From Adineta vaga (taxonomy: Eukaryota > Animalia > Rotifera): DNA of 64,000 nucleotides. This document shows, in pieces, positions 40,201 to 52,421 of the stretch; position 1 is the stretch's first letter, and every line of letters starts with the position of its first letter. The notes beneath the pieces are model-generated. The model saw only the letters and a program-made list of their open reading frames with translations. It made no database searches and had not been told where the DNA came from. Location of the stretch: NCBI GenBank assembly GCA_021613535.1, contig CP075493.1:17484001-17548000 (forward strand). The letters run 5' to 3'. Made by a program: the position numbers and the translations under genes.

Positions 40201-43064
40201 GTGCCTATAGATACCATCCATGGGATATCGCTGAGGACTTATCACCATTTTCAGAACAAAGTACTTTGGAACTCATTGCCATTCATTTATATAATACCTT
40301 CGAGTCTACGGCACCCCTTATTGTAGTACTCGGGGAGCTATAGATACTCTCACAATGTAGCATCTGGGAATCGATGATTAACTCCATACTACGCTACTTG
40401 GAGATCTACCAGTTTGTCAGTCATATCGTACTTCGGATTCTGCGGTGATCCTCATGATGCAGAACTGTGGGATCTATGTGAATCACTATTTGATAGCCTT
40501 TGGGTGTCGGTAACTATCCTCATGTAAAGCACTGTGCAACACTGTTCGGATAGCTTCAAAAAACGTTTAACCTTTCCATGTATTTTTTACAATACCTTCT
40601 GAAAAAATCCAGACACTTCTATGATATTCGAGAACATTCTAGAAATCCCAGTATAACATACGTAGTTCTGGGGTGCTCTAGAAAATTCTAGAATCCATAT
40701 TCTCTTTGACCCTTGACCTTTAACCTTTGACCCGGCACAGAGAAAGGCACACACACACACACACACTGAACATTATATTATAAGGATTTTAATTAAAATA
40801 GACACTTCAAATATTAAATCTTCGAAATAATCGAATCTGTCTTAATGGTGCAAAACATTTAGTTGATGCATTAAAAACGAATATAGTATGATCAATTTCT
40901 CTATTCTCCTACATCATTTATATATTCTATTGGAAATATAGACATTCGAAACTCTGAATCTTATAGATAATAAGATTGATGTCGAAGGAGAATATTATTT
41001 ATTAAATTGTATAATTGATAATACAGTAAGAAAAATATTTAATTTAATCTGAAGTTTGTTTTTATAGAGAGAAATATTTAGACATCAAAAGAATTGTATA
41101 TTAATAATCATAGAAATCTTGTTGAAAGATTAAAATTCTTCGTTAATATAATAAATCAAATGAAAGTAAAAAAGAAATATTTCTTAAACGAATTGTTTTT
41201 CCATATTGTTTAATTAAAGACATCTATAAGTGTTGATCTTAGTAATAAATTACTTAATAATGCAGACATACGAATCTTAGCAGATGAATTACAATATAAT
41301 ACTGTATAATCAAAATGATTATTTTTTTCTTTTATTGATTTTTATTCAAATGAATATTTAATAGATACTTCAAATATTAAATCTTCAATATAATAAGATC
41401 ACTGAGAATGGTATTAAATATCTTTGTTTGATATTGAAAACAAATCGAGTAAAATAGAATTGAATTTTTTAATTATATATATTTAAATGATTTAATTCAG
41501 ACACTTTCAATATTAAATATAGAAGACAATCTATTTATTCAATCCAATATGGATAATTTCTTCAAATATTATAAAGAAAATCGAGTAAGATTATTATTTA
41601 ACAATCAAATAAATTCAATATATTAATGTCTTTCATTTTTAGATATGCACAATATTTTTCTGGAAATGTAATCAACATCATATCGATGATTTAGTCTTAT
41701 CTATAAATGATTCGAATGTAAAATCATTGTTTGATTTACTTTTTATGAATATATTTATTCAATTTATATTTAGGATACGTTAGATTTTCAAAATAATCGA
41801 ATTAATGTCACTTGTTTATACGATATTTGTCATCAATTACCATTTCTTACAGTAAAATTGATTATTTAATTGTTAAATTTAGATAAATATTTTTTTTTAG
41901 AAAATAACAAGATTAAATTTTGAAAATTGTCAAATAACTGATGAAGCAATGAAATACTTAATTAATATATTAAGAACTAATCAAGTGAGATTCATAATAG
42001 ATATAATATTATTATTTCGATAAATATTTTTAGACAATAATTATGATTAATTTACAAAATAATTTAATAACTGATCAATGTATCAACTGTTTAACTTATG
42101 CATTATCACATAATCAAGTAAGTTTCAACAAAATATATGAAGATATTTATTATAATATATTATAATTTAGACATTGGAAATTTTAAATTTGAAAGGAAAT
42201 AATATATCGAATAGAAAGGCACATCTTATTGCTGATTCCATACGTCATACTACAGTAAATAAAAGAATTTTTTTTTCTTTTTATTTTTCTTCAAATATAG
42301 CCATTTAATGGATTAATATTTGAAAGAAATTATATTGATAATCAAGAGTTACAACAATTGATTGACTCATTAAAAAATGATAGAGTAATATCAATTGTTT
42401 TTTATCAAAAATCTAAAATATTCGATTTAGATTCGAACAACATGGAATCTTCAAAATAAAGGAATTGATATTCGTAATATACGTATTGTAATAAAAGCAC
42501 TTCGGAATAATACGGTAAATTAAGTTTTTCAATTTATTTAATTGTATATATGTTTTCATACAGAGAGTTACTGAATTGGATCTTTCAAACAATGGAATTA
42601 GTAATGAAGGTGGACAAGCGATCGCTTCTTTACTACAACATAATAAAGTATGATTATAAAGAATCAAACATATCAATATATATATAAGATTTTATTTAGA
42701 CACTTTTAAAAATAAATCCTCAACAAAATCGAATTGGAGATGTTGCAATTGAATGTCTAAGAAATGCTTTGAAAAAAAATAAAGTAAGATCTTCAATGTA
42801 ATAATAATTCATCTTTTTCAATATTAAATTCAGACATTAACAAGTTTAGATATTGCATCGAATCGTATTACTAATCAGGGTGCACATGATTTAATGAATA
42901 GTGTACGAGAAAATCAAGTAAAGATTTTTTATTTATATTTTCTTATTTATTTTATAATCTTTTTATAGACACTTAAAATGTTGAATTTAAGTGGGAATTA
43001 CATTACGGATGAAGTTTTGATCAATAATATTAAAATAAATATGGCAAGAATAAAATATTTTTGA
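37276..43064 (+). pseudogene. F-box + ribonuclease-inhibitor-type LRR gene with ~30 short exons, mostly 84 bp; at least two frameshifted exons
   Basis: F-box LETLPVEFVYRILNQLD…CVCKRLN, then phase-0 28-aa exons such as TLVTLNLDNNQINTNGIQYLSNALKENK. Exons at ~38194 and ~38486 run into stops. Confidence 0.8.
39639..40786 (-). mobile_element. Non-autonomous Helitron in an LRR-gene intron
   Basis: On the minus strand: 5' TC start followed by (TG)n; 3' hairpin GCGGTGCAATATGCACCGC then CTAG. Inserted between A and T, no TSD. Confidence 0.88.
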
Positions 43065-43448
43065 TCAATGAAATAATTCAACGTTGATAAGACTTAACAT
43101 TTTTATTCAAGACGACTATTTAATTTACAAAGATTTTGTTAAGTTTTCTTCGTATTGTAGTTTCAAGTGTAGATCTTTTATTTAACTTTATCTTCAAATA
43201 TTTTCTTCACTATTTATTTACTTATTAGACATTGAATTCATGTTATAGACGTTCATATACTTAGAACATACTAAAAAGGAAATGACTATATGTACCCAGA
43301 GAAACATAATAGACTAGTCAGCAGAAATCAAACATTATAATTAAATCAAGATAAAAAAATCAACTTAATTTAAATAAGGAACAACTATTTTGCAATAATT
43401 TCTCGTATAATCTGTCCAAAACGTTCGTTCGTGTGACTGTTTTTTTTC

Positions 43449-44055
43449 ATAAATAATTCGAGAACGCAGACAGATAGAGATCTACAGATTTTCATAAAAC
43501 GAAAGAGAACTAATTAGGATATCTTTTTCTATGAGATTGTGTAAGATAAAATTCTTTTGAAATTTATCATCGCCGAAAAACATGAAAAAAGAATGCATGA
43601 AACTGACTTGTAATCGAGATGAAGTTTCAATTATAGTCTTTGATTCAGGATACAATGCAAATGGCTCTCTTATTGCAACATAACGTTGACCAAATAAAAT
43701 CGCATATTTAGAGACACAAATAATAGGAAGTTTGACTGATATTTCATCATATTTTCACATTTTTTTATCATAACAACTAAATACAACAATGAAAATGTTA
43801 TGAAAAGTGAGAAAGCGCTTTATATCCTGAATCATAGAATTCAAATCTGTCTATCTAAATCAAAGACTATAATTGAAACTTCATGTCGATTACAAGTTCC
43901 TTTCATGCATTCTTTTTTCATGTTTTTCGACGATGATAAATTTCAAAAGAATTTTATCTTACACAATATTATAGAAAAAAAGATATCCTAATTACTTCTC
44001 GTTCGTTTGATAAAACCTGTAGATCTCTAGCTGTTTCTGTTCTCCAATTGTTTAT
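43449..44055. mobile_element. Foldback MITE with ~190-bp inverted arms
   Basis: 43449-43645 is the near reverse complement of 43858-44055. Confidence 0.85.
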
Positions 44056-44305
44056 AATAATAAAAGAATAAATGTGGAATCCTCGGGTCTTATCTGAGAG
44101 AGGTAGACCATTCTAGAATGTCTACGCATTAAAATTACCACGAGAAATTTTTCGATGAGCAAGATTTCTGATGACTTATTTTTGAATGAATTTTTGTGTT
44201 TGACTCTATCGGAATAACGGTCATATGCAATCTCATGAATCTATAAGAGATCTAGGATAGATAAACATATCAGCATTTTCATAATAGAACATCAATATCA
44301 ATAGT

Positions 44306-44372
44306 ATCTTGAGGGTGTGGGTGAAATTAGTTCTTACTGTGTTCTCGTTCAGTCCACAGCCACCCTCAAGAT
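44306..44372. repeat. Telomere-like hairpin element, clearest copy
   Basis: Perfect 12-bp inverted ends ATCTTGAGGGTG / CACCCTCAAGAT. Confidence 0.9.
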
Positions 44373-44726
44373 TTTGAGATGGAGACTCTTAAGTCGAGTC
44401 AATATTTGTTCGAGGATTATTTTTTACCGAAGACGACTATGACGTATTGTAAAACATAAATCGAAAAGTGAGCTCCGAACCTACGTGTAGTTTACGTGTG
44501 GAACTCACATTTTTTTACTCAAAGTTTTCGTTGTCACTGCAGGAATATCTACACATTTTCTTAACATTAAGGATTGAGAATACGTAGCAAAGAATGTGGT
44601 CTCTTACAAACGAATTCGTAAAACAGCTCTTTTTGAAAACTTGCTTTGTTGTGCGTCGTAGAAATGGTTCCCTTTCTGTGAACAATATACTCGATGCTTC
44701 AATGAAAGAAAAAACGAGAAGATTTT

Positions 44727-46457
44727 TCATTGTTCAAAACATTCACAGTCAAAGTCAAAATCGGGTTTATATTTTTGAATCTGCCCATTGCCAGAGTCGC
44801 TAACGTAAAGATTCCCGTTCGAATCAATTGATAAACCATAAGGATAAGACAATTGATTGGATTTGTTTCCTGGATCATTTCCTCCTACTACAACTTCCCC
44901 TTCGTCATTTCCTTCGCACCATCGCACTACCCGATGATTTAAACAATCTGCAACATAGATTTGACAACAATGATCGACAATGACTCCTGTAGGACGATTC
45001 AATTGATTGACAAGATCGCCTGTTCCATTTCCACCAGCAGCAAAAATTCCTTCTTGCGCATTTTTCACCCATTTCATCACGCGCTCATTGTGCTAATCTG
45101 ATACGTACAGAGATTGATTTTCATCAACAAATATAAATGTAGGATGATTCAGTTGATTCAGACAACTCTCTCGACCATTTCCTTCTGCCACTATTTGTGC
45201 TTGTTTCTCTTCTTCTTTCTATTGTCTTACTTCATGGTTCTCCACGTCGGAAACATAAAGAAATCCATTCTTGTCCTTTGCCAGACCGTAACAAACAATA
45301 TTCGAAATTAGAATTTGTGGTCTTGTTTGATTTAAACTGAGCATCCATCGAGTCACTCGCCTGTTTCCTCGATCGGCAATGATCAAGCAATCATTTTGCT
45401 CATCAACAATGAAATCTGTTGGACAGGATAACTGAAAATCTCTGTTCCCTCTCCCATTTCCTCCTGCCACCGTAATTCCGTCTTTTTTCCATTGCTTATT
45501 CAAGACTAGACTGTGCGAATCGATGTCGTCTAAAAGAATTATAAACAGGCAGGTGTTCTGTGTGATATAAGACAAGCTCATATGGTGTTATACTAAGTGA
45601 TTCTCGGAAAATAATCGACTACTCACATCCCCGTGAATGTCAGAGACCATGAGTCAATTACTTTTTTATCTTCGAGTGAAGTATTTGCTTTCAAACTCGA
45701 GACATTTTTCAAAACTTCACCAAAGAAAAACCGACCTGCGAAGATTTCGCATGTAATCATTCGAAAAAGAAGAGATTCATTTCACCCTTTTTCTCATGCA
45801 CATGTCTGTCAAGGTTTTTTATGAAATCAAACTCTTCATTTGAGGTGTGAATCTTGTGATCGATGTCGACTCTCTTCTACAAAATAATTTGAGCCACAAA
45901 AATTGTTTTTTTCGTTTTTTCCAATCAAATAAGTTGAAAAACTTACATGATGATGATACAGGAATTGTAATCTCATTGATCAATGTTTGCGAACTTGTCT
46001 CAATTGAAAGATCTGGTAAATCAGTTATTTCTTCTGAAATTTTTCTTAATTCTTCTTGCAAACCATTTAAATCCAATTCATTAAAATCATTTTCCTGATG
46101 AATATCTTTCAGTCGTTGTGTTAAATGAATCAATTGATTCTCAATTTTTGCGACACAATTTTTTGTGTATTGAACAGCTAAATTTCGGTACTTTTTCGCT
46201 TTTTTTTTAATTAGATCGATTGAACTTTGTTCTCATTCATTAATTTCTTCGATGAAGCATACGTCTGGTTTAAGTTCCTTGATTGTTTTTTGCAGTTGAT
46301 CACGAGCATTTTCAATTTCAGTAAGATTTGTGCTCATTGTTTGACGATGTTTTGTTAAGTCGTCAACGCAGAACTCATTCGAACATCCGACACATTTATA
46401 AACGTATTTACTTGTATTGCACATGACACACTGTCCATTGCTGTTGTTGCTACTCAT
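44727..46457 (-). pseudogene. B-box-like zinc finger + coiled coil + NHL-repeat gene, disrupted
   Basis: CVMC…CVGCSNEFC…HRQ, then NHL repeats VAGGNG…LSCPTDFIVD. Stops at 46233 and 45219 (Trp positions), another near 45093, and a frameshift near 46190. Confidence 0.85.
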
Positions 46458-47045
46458 TGCTATGTCTTGAATCGATGATTGAAGACCAAAACGAAGGGAA
46501 AAAATATTCGATTGAATCGTTCCAGTCAATGTCAATCAAAAGTGAAAGAATATAATAAACAACAGAAACAACCCAAGCAGATAAGCAATGAAAAATAAAG
46601 CCTTAGCAATGCATTAAATTTTTTAACGACGTTCAACTTCGTTCTATAGTTGAATGCGTTAAAACGCGTTAAAATGTGCGCTTTTTAAGACTTTATTTTC
46701 GCTAAAAATTTAGCACTTTTTTACGCGTTATTCTCTAGTACGTGCCTGTATGACTTTCTTGTCGTCTATATCATACACTTTTTGCAGTACACATAACTTT
46801 CGGATAAAATCCGAAGTTTCCGCATTTTGTATGAATACTAATCAAAACCGCCATTTTATGAACCATCTTGAGACGCAGGTAAGACTCATCATTGATACAT
46901 CAACCGCTTACTGGCTACAAACAATTCATCTTTAGTAAAAATTATGCTTCTACTAGAGTACCTGCCTTTGATATTGATTCAATCATATAAAATCTAATTA
47001 TTTTAAATTGAACTTGATCTGTTTCAATCATCCTACGGTAGTCAC

Positions 47046-47086
47046 CCATCTGATGAGACCTTTGATAAGTTTGAAACGCGTCATGG
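47046..47086 (+). ncRNA. Minimal type I hammerhead ribozyme (copy 1 of a tandem pair)
   Basis: Stem I CCAU/AUGG, CUGAUGA, stem II GACCUU-UGAU-AAGUUU, GAAA, stem III ACGCGU. GUC cleavage after 47082. Confidence 0.8.
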
Positions 47087-47224
47087 CTGCTTGCACTCAC
47101 ACCGCAAAAGCCTTTATTATCATTATATATTAAGGTTAGATCTTAATTTATAACAGTATGAGAAGTCATTTCAAGATGATTTCATTTAAATTGAATTTAT
47201 TTTAAATCATTTTACTGACATTTC

Positions 47225-47265
47225 CCATCTGATGAGAACTTTAATAAGTTTGAAACTCATCATGG
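47225..47265 (+). ncRNA. Minimal type I hammerhead ribozyme (copy 2, stem III degenerate)
   Basis: CCAU CUGAUGA GAACUU-UAAU-AAGUUU GAAAC UC AUC AUGG, 179 bp after copy 1. Confidence 0.65.
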
Positions 47266-47433
47266 CTGCTTGCACTCACTCACTCACCCTCAACAATTAT
47301 GAGAAGAAAACTCGCACGTATATATAATTTTGAAGTGAATTGAAAGGAGAAAAAAAGAAGGAGAAGAAAAAAGCAAATGCATTAGATGGAAATAATGTCT
47401 GTGTCAACAACTACGTTTTCATCCATTCTATGC

Positions 47434-50079
47434 TCACGCAGGAATCCAATGAAACTGAATTTGATTTAACCAACTTCCGTATCTGCCAGTTATATATGAT
47501 AAAACATAACCAGAATACTGTTCGGTAAATGGTGTGTCACTAGAACCGCCACAATAAGCGGTTACGTTTCCTGTACTCGTGGTAAACTGTAAGCCAGTAA
47601 CATATGTTCCACTACGTCCGTCAACTTTCACAATTCTTTCACCAGGAAGTAAATCGAATTGATGTGGTCCTGTATTAGTTCCGCCTCTTCTTGGCGCTTG
47701 TGTGACTACTGAACCTTGTGTTTGGTTACTCGTTTCATAGGTCACTTGAATGGCATCGATATAGCCGCCGCATCTTAAAATAATTGATTTTGGAAAAGTT
47801 CGTCCATATAAACCAACCACATCTAAATCGTTAAAAGGGGAGCCGCCTCCTCCGCCTCGTGAAGTACCAGATGTGGCTAGAATGACAAAACCAATTTTAC
47901 AATCAAATATTACACTTATTCAATAATATTAAGAATTTCAAAGAAAAACTTGAAAAAAAAATCGAATCAATACATTCGATATTTGTGCAAAAAAATTCTT
48001 GTGATCCGAGCAAAAGATATTGCACTGATTTCATCAATCGAAATCAATGTTGAATCTTCACATAAACTTTGTAAGTAAAACGATGGCACTATCAACAAGT
48101 AACGTTCGTCATTGCGACTCACTTGACCCTCCACTATGTAATAAAGAACTAGTTTTCTGTCTCAATGGCAATACGAACTAGCCTAGTACCTTTGTAGGAA
48201 GGAACAGTTCAAGTTTAAATTATAACTTTCGAAACCAAATGCGATTTGACTACCGTTGTGTATCCCCCAAATACGCCTCATGAAGACCTAGGGGTGCGAC
48301 AATAGTGCGCCATATAGGGACCCTTCCGCATACCTACAGTAGATGATACGAGGATTCTTGATTATCCGAAAAATGATCTACATAGGGACCCAAGGAAACC
48401 GCGAAATTGTGCGACTAGAAGACCCATGGATACCGCCGAAATGTGCCGCCTGAAAACCTATGGGTACCCTGTGATATGTTACATAACGACTTTTGGACAC
48501 GCACACAGTGGGTCACATGGAGACTCATGGGCGCCTGGAAAATGGGCAGCATAGGGAGAATGGATGGCTCGCAGATACGTGACTTGAAGACCCATGCATA
48601 CCTCCGAAATGCGCTTTACGATGAGCTATGGATACCACCAAAATGTGCGATAATATGTGTTTCACCTCTGATCCCGTGCAAACAGACAAACAAACTATTT
48701 TATTTTATATAATCCTTCTTACAGTCAAGGGGATATTTTATCATAGTTATCTTAACTTCACTACAACAAAATACTCTGAAGAAGAGAATGATTATTTCTA
48801 CCTTCACATGTGTATGATGTTGTATTGCATTTATTGATAAAACAATCTGAATTGATTAAACAAGTTTTAGTAAGTGGACATTTTGAACAATTTGAACCAC
48901 CACAATCAATATCAGTTTCATCTTGATTTTTAATTCTATCAGAACAACTTGGTACTATTACAAACAAAATCAAGTTTAAATTATGAAAAGTTTCTCGAAT
49001 TTTGGAAAATCAATTTCTACAGAGTATATTTTGGACTTACTGAAATTAAATTTCTGTATTCGATTATTTGCTTGATCAGTAACAAAAATATTTCCATAAC
49101 TATCGAAAGACAAACTCCAAGGATTATTTAGTTGATTCGATGCTGAACCTGATGAATTCGTGCATCCAATTACACAACGAAAACCATTTATTCCTTCACC
49201 AATAATACGATTATTTCCAGAATCAACAATAAATAAATAGTTACTACTGTCTAATGTAATTCCACTTGGACAATTGAGATCGATTGTCACATTGATTGAC
49301 CCATTTCCAGCTACAGTTGTGCCCGTTAATCTTTCTGATTTAAATAACTGAATTCGATTATTTCCACAATCAGCAACATATAAAGTACCATTTGTATCAT
49401 CAACAAATATTCCACGAGGATTTCGAAGTGTAGTTGATGTTGAACCAGCACTACCTGTTCCGGCAACAATTAATAATGGATTCCAACTAGTAATCAATGA
49501 ACTAGCCAGAACTTGATGATTTGCAGTAAATGAACAATAGAGAAGACTATTTTGACTAATAAATATATCTGAACATTGATAACATAAATTCATTCTTGAT
49601 ATTGATGAAATTGTTGAATTTGATGTTATTCGACTAATACCACCAATTGAATAATATGTATCAATATAAATATCATCTGATGTTTTGACAAAAATAGTTG
49701 ATGAATTCGATAAATTAACAGAAATATTTCTTATTGATATTAAATTTCCTTCAAATAAAAGAATGATTTGTTTCGAATCTAGTTTAGGAACATAGATTGT
49801 ATTATTTTTATCAATGAAAATATCAAATGGACGTAATCCAATTAAACTACTATTGGCAATAGTGATACCATTAGCGTTCCATGATGCATTTGATGCAAAT
49901 AGTGGTTGATTATAAGAAACACCTAAAATGCAGAAAATGAATGTTTAAAGTATCTTTGATCAGATTAGTTGTTCGTATGAAGATAGTAGAGATTTAAACA
50001 GATTTATAATAATTTACCTGATGTTTCTGCAATGATGAACAGAAATACAGCTAAATTGAACTTGTCAATAAAGAACATT
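47434..50079 (-). CDS. Secreted NHL beta-propeller + Cys-rich (NxDETDxDCGG) + jacalin-like lectin protein, 4 exons
   Basis: Exons 50079-50018 (signal peptide), 49922-49041 (NHL), 48954-48802 (CSDRIKNQDETDIDCGG), 47876-47434 (GGGGSPFND…GRYGSWLNQIQF). All junctions phase 1 and in frame. Confidence 0.8.
48115..48690. mobile_element. GC-richer insertion in the lectin-gene intron, probable TE relic
   Basis: Composition shift with recurring CCCATG/CATAGGG motifs. Termini not defined. Confidence 0.4.
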
Positions 50080-50198
50080 GTGAAGAAATGAAAAATTATT
50101 GAGTTGAAACACAGCTTACATATAAATATATATGTTTAATTTGTTTATTCAAACAAAATCATAGAGCAGTGATTCCTCGGACTCTCATTTATCGACAC

Positions 50199-50267
50199 AT
50201 TAGATATGTCAGGAGAATATTAAATATGTCAGGAGAATATTAAATATGTCAGGACAGCATTAAATAT
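50199..50267. repeat. 20-bp tandem repeat, ~3.4 copies, upstream of the NHL-lectin gene
   Basis: Unit attaaatatgtcaggagaat. Confidence 0.9.
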
Positions 50268-51767
50268 ATGATTTTGATCGGAAAATTTTTAAATAAATAA
50301 AAGTATGTTCTAGAAAGGAGACATCATATTCTTCGACGACATAGTCTTAAGCTAATAAATGGAAAGTCATTAGTACATATTTCAATTGTCATAAAGTATT
50401 CTTCAACAACGTTCTAATAAATATTTGAGGAAGAACGAAAGAAAATTTAAATTACCAAATTTGCTTTTCTTTTATTTTCAGGGATATATAAAGTTAGCCG
50501 ATAAAAATCAACAGAAGAAGAAATGAATCATTTTTCAAAATCAATTTTATATGAAATAGAATATTACTTTAAGCCGCATGGTTTTTAATTGTAGCGGTTA
50601 ACAAATGATTAACTCCGTCTTTTTGTGGACAGATGAAACGTTCACTAATTCTTTCAAATTCTTGACTATTCCTATCTTAAACTCACTATCAGCCTCTAGA
50701 AGAAAAACATGGGCTTGTAACATTTTTTTTAAAACAGTAAAAAAAGCTATGGACCTATTTTATAGAAATTTTTTCTCTTCAAGCTTGTATGCTCCTTTCC
50801 TCTGCGAGTACTGACTTACATCTCTGAGCTGATTGATCAATTTTTATGCACTATGATCTTTGAACTGTGACATACATATATAGAAACGCATTTTAATATT
50901 TTCCATACTACCCTTCCTTCATATAGTCGAAGGAATTAAAAATCCAAGAATTAAAAAAACTGATTTTGATAAATGAGTGACGTGTAGTTTGTTAATACAG
51001 TATGGACGTTTTCTTTTTCCTTTCCCTACAAGGGAGAGTCTATTTCGACGATGTAAAATAATATGTGCACATGCTTCTTTTTTGTGTACTCAAAAAGTGA
51101 GTACACTTATAGAATCGGTCAGTACGTCCGGCCTTCTATCCGTTTATTCGATAACTCAACAAAAACACAAGCAATTGAGCACTAGTTTTTTTCCACAGAA
51201 TTGTCTCATCAATATCTCGGTCGAGTTCGAAGATGAGAAGGATCGGTAAAGAAATCACCGAGTTATTCTAAGAATACTGAAAAGTCATAAGTCCACTCCT
51301 GAGGGAGAGTACAGGGATTTTTGCAAAAAAACAATTTCACATAAAATTGTTTACAAAATATATAATAATAGCTGTCAGTTTGATGGACGTACCATAGATC
51401 CTCAAGTCGTATACTATGGGGGTACCCTTGAGTCCTCAAGTCCTGTACTATGGAAGTCGATTTAATAAACTTCTATATCAATGTACTTCTATGTATATGG
51501 TCGAAAACACACAAGAAGTAAAGGCGATAATCTCTAACTTGATTTAGAATGTTATGTTTACTTCGAAGAATGGAACTGACGACCGATGGATTTTTTTCAG
51601 ACCGTCTGGAAATTCGTCCTTGAGCACGGTACAAAACTGCTTCTTAGAGTCTATGAATATCGTCTTTTTGTCTCATAGGTCGTTGCGAGGAGTTACTTCC
51701 AGCGATTCTATTTTTCCCTATGGGTGAAAACTTATTCATTGTTTAACTAGTAGGGTTCAGTTGAACA

Positions 51768-51844
51768 TAGAGGCGGCGCCAGGATTTTCATTTAGAGGGA
51801 GGGAGGGGTTCGCCCCCGCCAGTCCCCCCTTGGCGCCGCCACTA
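51768..51844. mobile_element. 77-bp hAT-type MITE
   Basis: TIR TAGAGGCGGCGCCA / TGGCGCCGCCACTA. Degenerate 8-bp TSD gttgaaca / ggtgagca. Confidence 0.7.
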
Positions 51845-51974
51845 GGTGAGCATAGTGAAGGTATCGATAACATGTTATTGACAAGAAATGTGAAACTTCT
51901 AACTTTTCCTGATACATGGCAAACGTGGGTGTGATTGTAAGATAGATGAAGTAGCCACACCCACACCCTCAAAA

Positions 51975-52421
51975 AATTAATAATTAGTGTTCAATTATTA
52001 ATTAGTTAGTAAACGGTTAATAATTAATCGAAACTGACCTCAAATTCAAACTCCATCTTCGCTTACCCTTCAATGAAGTTTTATTGAAAACATCAATAAT
52101 TAACTGTTGGCTGATTATTGGTTAATAAATAGCTAATAATTAATAAAAAGTAGCATCAGATTCAGATTCCTCGCTCCCAATTACCCTTTGGTCCAGTTTT
52201 ATGGAGAACATTAATGATTAACTATCAGTTAGTTATTAATTAATACATGGTTAATAATCAATTAAAACGAACCTCAGATTCAAACTCTCCACCCTCGATT
52301 AACATTTAGTCAAGTTTGATGGGAAATATTAATAATTGGTTATTAATTAATCAATAATCTATTAAAACTAACATCAGCTTCAGACTCTCCACCCTTGATT
52401 GCCCTTTGGTCAAGTGTTATG
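51975..52421. repeat. Degenerate ~100-118 bp tandem repeat, ~4 copies
   Basis: Motif c(c/a)tcagattca(a/g)actc recurs at ~52038, 52154, 52272 and 52372. Confidence 0.8.

Noticed and set aside
46740-46990. Possible Penelope/Athena RT remnant upstream of the hammerheads
   Set aside because: No RT motif recognisable by eye; needs tBLASTx against PLE libraries.
48443-48837. Plus-strand ORFs
   Set aside because: They lie in an intronic insertion, antisense to the lectin gene.
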